From Actinomycetota bacterium (GTDB lineage Bacteria > Actinomycetota > Acidimicrobiia > Acidimicrobiales > VFJN01), in the NCBI GenBank assembly GCA_046726215.1, contig JBKPAA010000060.1:4520-68519 (forward strand): DNA of 64,000 bases, written 5' to 3'. Below are positions 1 to 8,534 of the stretch, one piece after another (the first letter of the stretch is position 1; the number at the start of each line of letters is the position of its first letter). The notes beneath the pieces are model-generated. The model had not been told where the DNA came from. It saw only the letters and a list, made by a program, of their open reading frames with translations, and did no database searches. The position numbers were made by a program, and so were the translations under genes.

Positions 1-1
1 G

Positions 2-574
2 TACCTGCTCTGGCGCCAGGACGACGGCGCCAACGTCACCGGCCGGATCGTCGTGGCCCCGCTGGGTCCGGGTGGCCTCACCCTCGACGACCCGCCGACG
101 ACGTTGCTCGTCGGTGCGTTCCCATGGGAGGAGGGCTATCCCCAGGGCACCCCGGGCATCGGCCCGATCGAGAACCCGGCCATGGTGCGCCATCCCGCCA
201 CCGACGAGTGGCTGCTCGCGTGGTCTGCCAACCGCTGGGAGACGCAGAACTACGCGACGGGCCTCGCCGTGTGTGCGGGACCGCTCGGGCCCTGCCGGCG
301 GGTCGGAGGCGCGGCCCCTTGGCTCCGCACCAGCTCGGACCCGGGCATCGCCACCAGTGCACGCCTGGGGGGCGCCGGAGGGCTGTCGTTCGTTGTCGGG
401 CCGGGCAAGCGGCTGTACTCCCTGCTGCACGCCTATCGTGATGGCGGCCACGCCCCGGGAGCACCGCGGGTGGCCTGGGCCTTCCGGGTCGAACCCTCGG
501 GAACGCCCGCTGGCTACCGATTGGTCGAGATCGGCCGGAACCATTCCGCCGAGGCGTCCGTCAATGAGTCATGA
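2..574 (+). CDS. GH43-like beta-propeller glycoside hydrolase family protein, C-terminal part (5' end outside window)
   Basis: The frame is open from the window edge (YLLWRQDDGANVTGRIVVAPL...) to TGA at 572-574. The WEEG...IENPAMV, LLAWSAN and GGLSFV...LLHAY blocks resemble GH43-type propeller blades. The stop overlaps the next start (ATGA). The family is assigned from memory only. Confidence 0.45.
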   Translation, partial: YLLWRQDDGANVTGRIVVAPLGPGGLTLDDPPTTLLVGAFPWEEGYPQGTPGIGPIENPAMVRHPATDEWLLAWSANRWETQNYATGLAVCAGPLGPCRRVGGAAPWLRTSSDPGIATSARLGGAGGLSFVVGPGKRLYSLLHAYRDGGHAPGAPRVAWAFRVEPSGTPAGYRLVEIGRNHSAEASVNES

Positions 575-1101
575 GCATCACAGGCGGTGCGCTCGCGGGG
601 GCGCAGCTCCGGGCAGGGGAGGGGGCAGACGAACCCATGCCGGTCGAGGCGGCGGCGACCACGTTCGAGGACCTGTTCCGCAGCCGGTACGAACCGATGG
701 TCCGGGTGGCCTTCCTGCTCGTCGGATCGCGTGCCGAGGCCGAGGACGTGGTCCAGGACGCCTTCGCCCGCATCGAGCTGCGGTGGGCCCGGCTCGACAA
801 CCCCGAGGGCTACCTGCGCCGGTGTGTTGTCAACCGGAGCCGCGACATGCTGCGGCGCCGCCGCGTCGAGCAGCGTTTCCGCCTGCTGCACCGGCAGGAC
901 AACGCGAGCGAGCTGGAGGCCGACGAACTGGGAGACGCCCTGGCCACGCTGGCCCCCAGGCGCCGCGCCGCAGTGGTGCTCCGCTACTACGCCGGCCTGC
1001 GGGAACGGGAGATCGCCGAGATCCTGCGGGTCCGACCCGGCACCGTGAAATCCATGTTGCATCGGGCCCTGGCCCAGCTCCGTGAGGTGATCGAGCTATG
1101 A
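571..1101 (+). CDS. ECF (sigma-70 family) RNA polymerase sigma factor
   Basis: Region 2 (AEDVVQDAFARIELRWARLDNPEGYLRRCVVNRSRD) and region 4 (LAPRRRAAVVLRYYAGLREREIAEILRVRPGTVKSMLHRA) motifs are present. ATGA overlaps occur with both neighbouring genes. Confidence 0.9.
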   Translation: MSITGGALAGAQLRAGEGADEPMPVEAAATTFEDLFRSRYEPMVRVAFLLVGSRAEAEDVVQDAFARIELRWARLDNPEGYLRRCVVNRSRDMLRRRRVEQRFRLLHRQDNASELEADELGDALATLAPRRRAAVVLRYYAGLREREIAEILRVRPGTVKSMLHRALAQLREVIEL

Positions 1102-2174
1102 CCCCGCCGCCGTTGGAAGATCGCCTGAACCGGCTGGCCGACCAACTGGCCGCGCCCGCAACCTCCGACGCGAGGCGGGCCATCGGGCGGCGGGCCGGCA
1201 CGCTCCGTCGCCGCCGGCAGGTGGGCCGGGCGGTCGGGAGCGGGGTGCTGCTCCTGCTTGTCGTGGCCGGTGCCGTGGCGCTGCGGCTCGACGACCCCGC
1301 CGACGTCGAGATCGAGCCCGCGGGTCCCGCCGCGGGCTCGCTCCCGGCGCTGACCGCCGACGGCTGGACGATCGTCACGGCCGAGGACGCGGCCACGACG
1401 CCGGCCGCGGGCGAGCCCTACGACCCGGCCTCGGGTTCGCTGCAGGTGTTCCGCCGGCCCGACGATCTCGCCGGCCCGAGCTTGTTCCTCCATCACGAGG
1501 TGGCGTCGGACGCAATCGCGGCGGACGCGGGCACACAGCCGGTGGGGATCGCCGGCTCCGAGGGATACCTCCAGCAGACGGGACCCGAGAGCTTCATCGT
1601 CCGCTGGGCGCCACCGCGGAGCGACAGCCATGCCTACCTCGAGGCGCGGGGCTTCGCCCGGGACGAGGTGATCCAGTTCGCCAACGGCCTCCAGCTGAAG
1701 GACGACAACATCCAGTATCCGCCGGCGCCGGACGTACAGCTCGGGTTCGTCGCCACCATGCTGCCCAAGGGCATCCAGGAGGACCCGGTGAGCCGGGCCG
1801 ACCCGGGCCGAACGGCGGTCCGCCGGTTGGTCGTCGAGCGCGCCTCGGCGGCCGCCGAGGTCGCGATCGACGATCGGGGCGAAGCCGCCTTCGAGGCGTA
1901 CCTGGGCCAGCTGCTGGCGAGCGGCGGCGACGTCGAGCGGGTCTCGGTGATGGATCACCCGGCGGTGCTGGTCGACGGCCCGAACAGCGGACGGTGGTCC
2001 ATCGTCTGGCGGCAGACCGACGAGGCAACGGTGGTCGCATCGCTCTCCGGTATGAGCCGTTCGTCCGTGGATGACTTCGTCGGCGACCTCCGGGCGATAT
2101 CCGACGACGACTGGCGGGCCCTGGTCGCCGGCCACGAAGAAGGAGACCGGCGCCAGGTGGTCACCGGCTCGTAG
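1098..2174 (+). CDS. Putative membrane-anchored anti-sigma factor / sigma-associated membrane protein
   Basis: It is translationally coupled (ATGA) to the ECF sigma gene. It has a short N-terminal cytoplasmic segment, one TM helix (VGSGVLLLLVVAGAVAL) and a large extracytoplasmic domain. The last codons (VVTGS*) lie inside repeat copy A. Confidence 0.55.
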   Translation: MTPPPLEDRLNRLADQLAAPATSDARRAIGRRAGTLRRRRQVGRAVGSGVLLLLVVAGAVALRLDDPADVEIEPAGPAAGSLPALTADGWTIVTAEDAATTPAAGEPYDPASGSLQVFRRPDDLAGPSLFLHHEVASDAIAADAGTQPVGIAGSEGYLQQTGPESFIVRWAPPRSDSHAYLEARGFARDEVIQFANGLQLKDDNIQYPPAPDVQLGFVATMLPKGIQEDPVSRADPGRTAVRRLVVERASAAAEVAIDDRGEAAFEAYLGQLLASGGDVERVSVMDHPAVLVDGPNSGRWSIVWRQTDEATVVASLSGMSRSSVDDFVGDLRAISDDDWRALVAGHEEGDRRQVVTGS

Positions 2175-2275
2175 CCGCGCCGCTCACGACCGCGAACGCG
2201 GTTCCTGGCGCCGGCGTGGTTGGTGGGCAACCACTTCGGCGCCAGGAACGCTTGGTCGGCTCGCGGGTCAGGCTC
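2151..2275 (+). repeat. Structured intergenic repeat, copy A (second copy at 47563-47677)
   Basis: It shares identical runs with copy B: AGGTGGTCACC, CTCGTAGCCGCGC, CCGCGAACGCG and GGCGTGGTTGGTGGGCAACCA. A nested hairpin spans 2202-2248, with outer stem TTCCTGGCGCC/GGCGCCAGGAA, inner stem GTGGTTG/CAACCAC and loop GTGGG. Confidence 0.75.
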
Positions 2276-2304
2276 CACGCACCCGTGGCGCGACCAGCCT
2301 TGCC

Positions 2305-2880
2305 TTACCAGCGGTGGGCGACGTCGATCAGCAGGCGGGAGCCTGCGCCAGGACCAGCCACGCTGAACACCCGGAACGGCAGCCGGGCACGTACGCCGAG
2401 CCCGATCTGTGTCTGCCCCTCGAAGGTGCCGTCGAACGCCACCTGCCGGAAGGTCGAGAAGCCGGCCACGTTGACGGCGTGGGCGGCACTGGCCGGCCTG
2501 TAGGTCGGCCTGCCGTCATCATCGACGGCTCGTGCATGCACGACGACCGAAAGGTCGGCCGCACCGGCGAGCGGGATCGGCCGGTCCGAGGGATCGCTCG
2601 TGAACTGGCTGACGTAGCGCACCTGGTAGCCGTTGCCGTCCACACCCGGCATGCCAAGACTGCGCGGCCCGAGGTCGATCACGAGCCGGTCGAAACACGC
2701 GTGGCGCCCCGCCCGTAGGTTCGTGATGTTCGCCGACGTGTAGTGGGACTCCTGCCTGGGCAATGAGCCCCAGCGGATGCCGCAGTAGGGAGCGGCCGTG
2801 CTGCGGGCCGCAGCGGGAAGCGCAACCGCGGTGAGCAGAGCCAGCGCCGCCACCGCCAAGACCGAGAACCTCCGCATCAC
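2305..2880 (-). CDS. Secreted protein of unknown function (signal peptide)
   Basis: The N-terminus MMRRFSVLAVAALALLTAVALPAAA is a signal peptide. Conserved-looking blocks include CGIRWGS, FDRLVIDL, FRQVAFDGTFEGQTQIGLGVRARLPFRVF and LLIDVAHRW. GC3 is high. Confidence 0.7.
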   Translation of the reverse strand: MMRRFSVLAVAALALLTAVALPAAARSTAAPYCGIRWGSLPRQESHYTSANITNLRAGRHACFDRLVIDLGPRSLGMPGVDGNGYQVRYVSQFTSDPSDRPIPLAGAADLSVVVHARAVDDDGRPTYRPASAAHAVNVAGFSTFRQVAFDGTFEGQTQIGLGVRARLPFRVFSVAGPGAGSRLLIDVAHRW

Positions 2881-3018
2881 CAGACCTCCTTGCCGTCCCC
2901 GTCCGCCAGGGACGCGCCCATACAGACGCCGACCCCGGCGGATTGGAGGACAGGCCGGGCAAATCTGGTCGGAAGCGACTCGCGCTGAGCCGCCGGCGAT
3001 GGAGCTGATGCGGCGGGA

Positions 3019-3879
3019 TCAGGTCGTTGCGGCGACCAGCGATCGCTGGAAGCGCAGCGATCGCTCGATGCGGAGCAACGCCCACCCGATGATGATCAGG
3101 AGGAGCCCGATCCCGAACGCGAACGCGGCCACGCCGAACGCGACGACTGAGGTGTACAGCGAGGCCCGCAGGAACGACGCGGTAACGGCGGTTTCCCGCC
3201 GGGGGTCGTCACGCTCGAGCTGGGCGTAGGTGAGGCCGTCGGTCTCGTCGCGCGCGTGCTCGTTGATGATGTCGGCCTGGGCATAGGCGGTCAAAGGACC
3301 ATCGACCTTCTCGCCGCCGAAGTGATCGGCGTCCTCGGAGACGGTGATCTTCTCGTCGGAGAGCTGGTCGCGCACGACGAACCACGTGAATGCGCCGGCG
3401 GCCAGGAGGATGACTCCCCCCAACATGACGACGACGCCCAGCAGGCGCAGGTGTCCGGTTCGGGGCGGCTTTGCCGCGGCCGGGGCCGGCTCCGAGGTCG
3501 TCACGGCCGGAGGTGGTTCGTAGGCCGCCTCCGCCGGGTGTGCCTCGGCGCTTGCCCTGGCAGGAACCGGTTCAGTCGCAGCCGGAGTTGGTTCGGCCCA
3601 CGTCTCGGCCGCAGCCGGCTCGGCGCGCGTCTCGGCCGCGGGTGGCTCGGCCGGAGGCGGCTCGGCCGGAGGCGGCTCGGCGCTCGGTTCGGCCGGAGGC
3701 GGCTCGGCGCTCGGTTCGGCCGGAGGCGGCTCGGCGCTTACCTCGGCCGCGGGTGGCTCGGCCGGAGGCGGCTCGGCGCTTCCCTCGGCCGGAGGTGGCT
3801 CGGAACTCGCCGGGGGCGGTTCGGGGCTCCTCTCGTTGTCCGGCGGATCTGCTTCGGGCGGAGATGAGTCAGGCGGCAT
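3019..3879 (-). CDS. Membrane protein with a proline-rich repetitive N-terminal region
   Basis: The N-terminal ~140 aa are AEPPP/AEPSAEPPP repeats. Two TM helices (LLGVVVMLGGVILLAAGAF and VVAFGVAAFAFGIGLLLIIIGWALL) flank a conserved-looking loop (FVVRDQLSDEKITVSEDADHFGG...). Confidence 0.75.
   Translation of the reverse strand: MPPDSSPPEADPPDNERSPEPPPASSEPPPAEGSAEPPPAEPPAAEVSAEPPPAEPSAEPPPAEPSAEPPPAEPPPAEPPAAETRAEPAAAETWAEPTPAATEPVPARASAEAHPAEAAYEPPPAVTTSEPAPAAAKPPRTGHLRLLGVVVMLGGVILLAAGAFTWFVVRDQLSDEKITVSEDADHFGGEKVDGPLTAYAQADIINEHARDETDGLTYAQLERDDPRRETAVTASFLRASLYTSVVAFGVAAFAFGIGLLLIIIGWALLRIERSLRFQRSLVAATT
3600..3830 (-). repeat. Tandem 27-nt (9-codon) coding repeats inside the Pro-rich gene (approximate bounds)
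   Basis: Units of the type ggccggaggcggctcggcgctcggttc recur on the + strand. They encode repeated AEPSAEPPP on the - strand. Confidence 0.7.
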
Positions 3880-4450
3880 GCGGACGGTTCTCCTCGGGAC
3901 GACGTCCGGCGCGAGGCCGGGTCCGCCGGTGGGTGGGGACTACACACACGGGAGGCCCCGGACCTCGGCAGGACACGGATCCAGGTCTGGGACGGACGGA
4001 ACCCGCGGGCCCGGACCGCCCGGCCGGAAAGGTACCGCCGCACCACCTGAGTGGCCATAGGGCGGGGTCCGCGGCCGTAATGCCTGGCGCCCGTGAAGCC
4101 TTCCGCCTTGCGGGATCAAGCAGAGCAGCTGCACCTGCTACCGGTGGAGCTCACGACCGTGGCGGCGAACTGGTCGCTGTCGCCGGTCTTCACGTACCAC
4201 TCTCAGCGGGTGTCATCGGGCCCGGTCACCCAGGTCTCCGTCTTGTGGCGTAACAGCTCTGGGGATCGTCGACGCCGGTCGTGGTGAGACCCGCGCCGGC
4301 GAGGCGCGCTCGGCGGTCGCGACCTCCTCGGCGGTCTCGGCTTCGACGCCGAGGCGGTTGATCGTGCCCGCCTCGCCCTGCCCCTCGCCTCAGGTTGACG
4401 CGAGTGCGCTGTTTGGATCAGTCACCCGACCGAAGGGCGGCTCACGGCTG

Positions 4451-4522
4451 AGGCGGCGAGGGGAATCGAACCCCTGTACAGGGCTTTGCAGGCCCTTGCC
4501 TAAACCACTCGGCCACGCCGCC
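4451..4522 (-). tRNA. tRNA-Cys (anticodon GCA)
   Basis: The reverse complement GGCGGCGTGGCCGAGTGGTTTAGGCAAGGGCCTGCAAAGCCCTGTACAGGGGTTCGATTCCCCTCGCCGCCT folds as a cloverleaf. It has a 7-bp acceptor stem, anticodon stem AGGGC/GCCCT with loop CTGCAAA, and T arm AGGGG-TTCGATT-CCCCT. CCA is not encoded. Confidence 0.9.
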
Positions 4523-4616
4523 GGAAGGCGACAACCATAGCGGCCACCCGTGAAGAGCTCGGCCTTCCCGGGTCACCGCGAGGCCCGAGCAGCGGACGAC
4601 TCGACCGCTTGCCCAT

Positions 4617-4626
4617 CAAACGTTTG
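4617..4626. promoter_or_regulatory. Perfect 10-bp palindrome CAAACGTTTG, candidate TetR operator upstream of the P450-TetR operon
   Basis: It is a perfect palindrome 19 nt upstream of the P450 ATG (4645). A TetR gene is co-transcribed downstream. Confidence 0.3.
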
Positions 4627-4644
4627 CTGGACAGACTGCTTTCC

Positions 4645-5937
4645 ATGACGGCCACCGAGGGCATCAAGGCACCGCCGTTCGATATCGACATCCTCGATCC
4701 CCGGCTCTACGACGACCCCTGGGAGGCGTACCGCTGGCTCCGGCGCAACGCTCCCATCTGGTGGGACGAGCGCAACCAGCTCTATGTGATCTCCCGCCAC
4801 GAGGGCGTCAGCCACATCAGCCGGCATCAGGAGCTGTACTCGGCCGCGCAGGGTGTCCGGGCCAAGGTCCTCGCACCGATGTCCATCATCTCGATGGACG
4901 ACCCAGAGCACACCCGGCAGCGCCGCCTCGTCAGCAAGGGACTGACCCCGAGGGTGGTCCGTGAGCTGACCGACCACATTCGCGACCTGTCCAACCAGAT
5001 CATCGACGAGATCTCTATCAGGGGCGCCCGCGATTTCGTCGAGGAGTTCGCCATCCACGTGCCGCTCATCGTGATCGCGGAGCTGATTGGGCTCGATCCC
5101 CGCCAGCGTCGCAACCTCTACCGCTGGAGCGACGCCATGATGGCCGGCGACGGCCACACCGACGCCGACGACCCCGTCTTGGTGCGCGCCGCCGAGGCCG
5201 GGGGCGAGTTCGCCACGATGTGCCTGGACCTGATCGAGCAGCGACGGGCCGACGGTTCGACCGATGACATCATCGGCGTCCTCACGCAGGCCTACGACGA
5301 GGGTGCCCTGGCCCGGCCCGGCGACGACCATGCCACCCCGCCCCGGGCCGACGGCGTCGGCGCCATCGCCGGCGACCGGCTGACCAGCGACGAGCTGATC
5401 ATGTTCCTGATCCTGCTGGTCGTCGCCGGCAACGAGACCACTCGCAACGCCCTGGCCGGCGGGCTCGTGGCGTTCACCCGGTTCCCGGAGCAGCGGCGCA
5501 AGCTGCTCGAACGGCCCGAGCTGATCGACCTGGCCCTCGACGAGATCGTGCGGTACGTCAGCCCCGTGATGTCGTTCATGCGGACGGTGACGAAGGCCCA
5601 CACCTACGGCGGCGTCGACTTCGAGGCCGGCGACCGCGTGTTCCTGCTCTACCAGTCGGCCAACCGCGACGAGGATGTGTTCGACGCACCCGACGAGTTC
5701 CGCGTCGATCGCGATCCCAACCCCCACCTCGCCTTCGGGATCGGCACCCACTACTGCCTGGGCGCCAACCTCGCCCGCGCCGAGATCAAGGTCGTCTTCG
5801 AAGAGCTGTTCCGCCGGCTGCGCGACATCCGGGCTGTCGACGCTGAGACCCTCGAGCGGGGCGACTCCACGTTGGTGCTGGCCCTCAACCGGCTGCCGGC
5901 GGTGTTCACCCCCGAGACCCCGGGACCACGGACGTGA
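4645..5937 (+). CDS. Cytochrome P450
   Basis: The heme-binding loop FGIGTHYCLGANLA, I-helix VVAGNETT and an ExxR region are present. ATG 4645 is preferred over TTG 4609. The stop overlaps the TetR start (GTGA). Confidence 0.9.
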   Translation: MTATEGIKAPPFDIDILDPRLYDDPWEAYRWLRRNAPIWWDERNQLYVISRHEGVSHISRHQELYSAAQGVRAKVLAPMSIISMDDPEHTRQRRLVSKGLTPRVVRELTDHIRDLSNQIIDEISIRGARDFVEEFAIHVPLIVIAELIGLDPRQRRNLYRWSDAMMAGDGHTDADDPVLVRAAEAGGEFATMCLDLIEQRRADGSTDDIIGVLTQAYDEGALARPGDDHATPPRADGVGAIAGDRLTSDELIMFLILLVVAGNETTRNALAGGLVAFTRFPEQRRKLLERPELIDLALDEIVRYVSPVMSFMRTVTKAHTYGGVDFEAGDRVFLLYQSANRDEDVFDAPDEFRVDRDPNPHLAFGIGTHYCLGANLARAEIKVVFEELFRRLRDIRAVDAETLERGDSTLVLALNRLPAVFTPETPGPRT

Positions 5938-6524
5938 CCCGGTCGGCTCCCGTGAGCGGGGACGCCGGACCGCGCAGCCGCATCCTCGACACCGCCCTGA
6001 CGCTCATGAGCCAGCTCGGTTCGGCGGGCACGTCCATGCGGCGCCTCGCCTCCGCGTGCGGGCTCAACGTCGCCACGATCTACCACTACTTCCCCTCCAA
6101 GGCCGACCTGCTGCGCGCCCTCATCGAAGAGAGGCGCTACGGCGAGCGGCTGGCCACCGAGAAACCGGCGATCGATGCCACCCTCCCGCCGGTCGAGCGG
6201 ATGACGGCGTTCGTGGGATGGGCGGCCGAGCGGACCCTGGAGGAGGAGGTGGTGCTCCGGCTGCTCCTCGGCGAGGCGCTGCGGGCCGACGCCACGGCCC
6301 GCGACACCGCCGCCGACCTGCTCGGCCAGCTCGATGCCGGCCTGACGGCGTGGCTGGCGCGGGGGTTCCCGGAGCTCGGCACGCGCGGGCTGACGCCGGA
6401 TGTGGCTGCCCGGCTCGTGCGGCGCAGCTTGCTGGCGCTGGTCACCGAGCACCTCGCCACCGGCTCGGTGGATGTACGCGCTCACGCCAAAGAGTTGGCC
6501 ACGGTCATGTTCGGAAGCTCCTAG
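5934..6524 (+). CDS. TetR/AcrR family transcriptional regulator
   Basis: The N-terminal HTH is RILDTALTLMSQLGSAGTSMRRLASACGLNVATIYHYFPSKADLL. Confidence 0.9.
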   Translation: MTRSAPVSGDAGPRSRILDTALTLMSQLGSAGTSMRRLASACGLNVATIYHYFPSKADLLRALIEERRYGERLATEKPAIDATLPPVERMTAFVGWAAERTLEEEVVLRLLLGEALRADATARDTAADLLGQLDAGLTAWLARGFPELGTRGLTPDVAARLVRRSLLALVTEHLATGSVDVRAHAKELATVMFGSS

Positions 6525-6561
6525 GGCACCACCCCGCCGGATCAGCCGACGCCCCCGCCCG

Positions 6562-7731
6562 TCAGTCGGTGAAGGTGACGGCGACGTCCTCGCGTTCCCG
6601 GAAAGGTGCGAGGACGGCGGCCTCCTGCTCGATGGCGGTGCGCTGGCGATCGTTGAGCTTGGCGAACGGCTCGATGGTCACATCCAGCCGCCCGCCCGCG
6701 CCCCGGGCACGCCAGGTGCCCACGGGGTGACCTGTGACCAATACCAGACCCGGGGCTCCCACCGGCCGCCAGACGGCACGCTGCGCGGTCTTGTCGGGCA
6801 GCAAGGTCGCCCGGTCGCGCTGCGCGAGGAATGGGTCGCCGGCGGGCAGCAGCCGGGCTCCGGACGCCGTCGGTGGATCGTCCAACATCTCGGCATCGTC
6901 GGCCAGCAGCCATGCCGCCGCGCCGTCGAGCTTGGCCTCGGCGAGGTCGACGCCGAGCTCGAGGAAGCGCTGCCGCGCCTCCGTGACACCGATGCCGGTC
7001 CAGGCGGCGAAGTGGACCGGCGTGACCGGTCCGTAGGCGTGCACGAAGCGGCGGACGAGCTCGGTGCGGGCCGCCGCGACGTCGCCTCCGAGCGGCCCGC
7101 CCAGCCAGATGTCGGTACCCATCAGCGTCTGGCGGGACCCCTGTGGCCAGCCGTAGCAGAACACCCCGGCGGTGCCGGCCAGCCGCAGCAGCTGGTCGGG
7201 CACGTGGTGGACGTCGCACACCTCGCACCACGGCTCGAGCTCGCTCGGCAACCGACCGTGGAGGGCCTCGCTGAGCTGGCCCTTGGTGCGTGACTCCCCG
7301 TCGGCCACCACCGCCGCCAGCACGCCGAGCACCATGCTCAGCGCCTCCCGGGCCGTCCACCCCGCAGCCTCGATCGGCGGCCACGAGCCCGACAGCTGCT
7401 CGCGCAGCGACTCCTCGTCGGCCGCCAGCGCCCCGGGCCCGAACACCGTGGCGTCCTGCCGCGGCACGATGTAGGCGGCACCCCGCGGGCCGAGGAAGCG
7501 CAGGAGCGACCGGTCATCGAGGAGCGCGTCCTCGAGCGCGGCCGGGGTGAACCCGTCGACGCGAGCGGCGAGCGCGACGCCGGCGTTGCCCGGCGGCGTG
7601 TCCTGCACACCGCACACGGCGGCGGCCTCGACGACGCCATCCTCCGGCAGTCGCTCGTGCAGGTTGTGGGCGGCCACGCGGAAGGCGACGACCTGCTCAG
7701 CGGAGACGCGATGTATCGCCTGCCGGCCCAT
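6562..7731 (-). CDS. Winged-helix DNA-binding domain protein (AlkZ/YcaQ-like family)
   Basis: The N-terminus ...RVSAEQVVAFRVAAHNLHERLP and the overall ~390-aa layout are typical of the HTH_42/AlkZ-like family. The start is taken at the internal ATG (MGRQAIH); the ORF is open up to 7827. Confidence 0.65.
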   Translation of the reverse strand: MGRQAIHRVSAEQVVAFRVAAHNLHERLPEDGVVEAAAVCGVQDTPPGNAGVALAARVDGFTPAALEDALLDDRSLLRFLGPRGAAYIVPRQDATVFGPGALAADEESLREQLSGSWPPIEAAGWTAREALSMVLGVLAAVVADGESRTKGQLSEALHGRLPSELEPWCEVCDVHHVPDQLLRLAGTAGVFCYGWPQGSRQTLMGTDIWLGGPLGGDVAAARTELVRRFVHAYGPVTPVHFAAWTGIGVTEARQRFLELGVDLAEAKLDGAAAWLLADDAEMLDDPPTASGARLLPAGDPFLAQRDRATLLPDKTAQRAVWRPVGAPGLVLVTGHPVGTWRARGAGGRLDVTIEPFAKLNDRQRTAIEQEAAVLAPFREREDVAVTFTD

Positions 7732-7823
7732 TGACACCGAGGCTAGGTGTCGCGTCGATGCCGGGGTGCCGGCACCGCGGAGGGTGCTGAGGTCGTCGCG
7801 GAACGTCCGTCGGCCCGCGATCA

Positions 7824-8411
7824 TCACGCCAGCGCCTCTCGCACATGGGTCGCCAGTGCGTCGAGGTACGCCTGCGTCGCCCTCGCCTGCTGCCCGCGCG
7901 CCACCGGCCCACCCAGCCGCATCAAGGGGTGGCGCGGCCGCGAGAAGGCGGTGATGGACAGCCGCACCTCAGCGCCGGCGTCGGGGGCGTCGCGTTCGAC
8001 CATGAACGCCTCCTCACCGCTCGCCGGGTGGATCGGCAGCGTCCCGTAGCCGAAGCCGAACCGGTGGGGTTCGTCGACCACCCAGGCGATGCGGCACGAG
8101 GCGATCACGTGGATGCCGGCCACGGGCACGTCGAGCGCCACCACGGTGCCCACCGACACCGGCGGGTCGTCCGGCGCCACGCGGAAACCCTGCCGGCGGT
8201 GGAGCTGCCAGCCGCGGATGCCGCCGACGGCGGCGACGAACGCCTCGTCCCCGCGCCCGACCACGCGAGCGACACGCACATGGTGGTAGCCGGCCGGCAG
8301 GTCGTCGGGATGCGCCGTCGCCCCCACGCGGTCGTAGGTGAAGGGCGCATCGCCCATCTCGGCCAACACGTGCGACAGTCTGGCGTCGGAAGGGCGGCGG
8401 ACGAGGAACAC
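7824..8411 (-). CDS. DUF1990 domain-containing protein
   Basis: The blocks FTYDRVGAT, LPAGYHH, GFRV, VVDEPHRFGFGYGTLPIHPASGEEAF and ITAFSRP match the family. GTG at 8411 is preceded by an AGGAGG RBS (revcomp of 8414-8419). The longer ORF to 8621 would overlap the divergent gene. Confidence 0.75.
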   Translation of the reverse strand: MFLVRRPSDARLSHVLAEMGDAPFTYDRVGATAHPDDLPAGYHHVRVARVVGRGDEAFVAAVGGIRGWQLHRRQGFRVAPDDPPVSVGTVVALDVPVAGIHVIASCRIAWVVDEPHRFGFGYGTLPIHPASGEEAFMVERDAPDAGAEVRLSITAFSRPRHPLMRLGGPVARGQQARATQAYLDALATHVREALA

Positions 8412-8534
8412 GGCGCCTCCTGCACGGTGGGGCGAGCCTGACCCTAGACAGCGCCGACCCCAGGGCGGACAACGGCGCCGGACATGCGTCCGTCGTTCGG
8501 CGTAACCTGGCGCCCACGGGCCGAGGAGGTACGC

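Noticed and set aside
2151-2275. The structured repeat as 6C RNA or an ordinary intrinsic terminator.
   Set aside because: 6C RNA has two hairpins with C-rich loops, whereas this element has a single CCCAC loop on the reverse strand only. No U-tract follows the hairpin. The conserved blocks extend well beyond a simple terminator stem and reach into the upstream coding sequence.
3600-3830. Possible CRISPR array, considered because of short tandem repeats here and at 33249-33350 and 29251-29286.
   Set aside because: The repeats are contiguous or have a 60-nt period with only two copies. They lie inside coding frames, have no unique spacers of regular length, and no cas genes are present.
3880-4450. 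A structured housekeeping RNA (RNase P RNA, tmRNA, SRP/4.5S RNA) in the gene-poor gap beside tRNA-Cys.
   Set aside because: I looked on both strands for hallmark blocks and found none. The blocks were GAGGAAAGTCCGG and ACAGAA.CCGGCTTA for RNase P, a tRNA-like 3' end with a resume codon for tmRNA, and the GGAA/AGCA SRP domain IV motifs.
4617-4626. The CAAACGTTTG palindrome as a KstR/KstR2 (cholesterol regulon) operator next to a CYP125/142-like P450.
   Set aside because: As I recall, KstR sites have AAC-NN-GTT spacing within a 14-nt palindrome. Here AAC and GTT are adjacent. No other steroid-catabolic genes are nearby, so the site is kept only as a generic TetR operator candidate.
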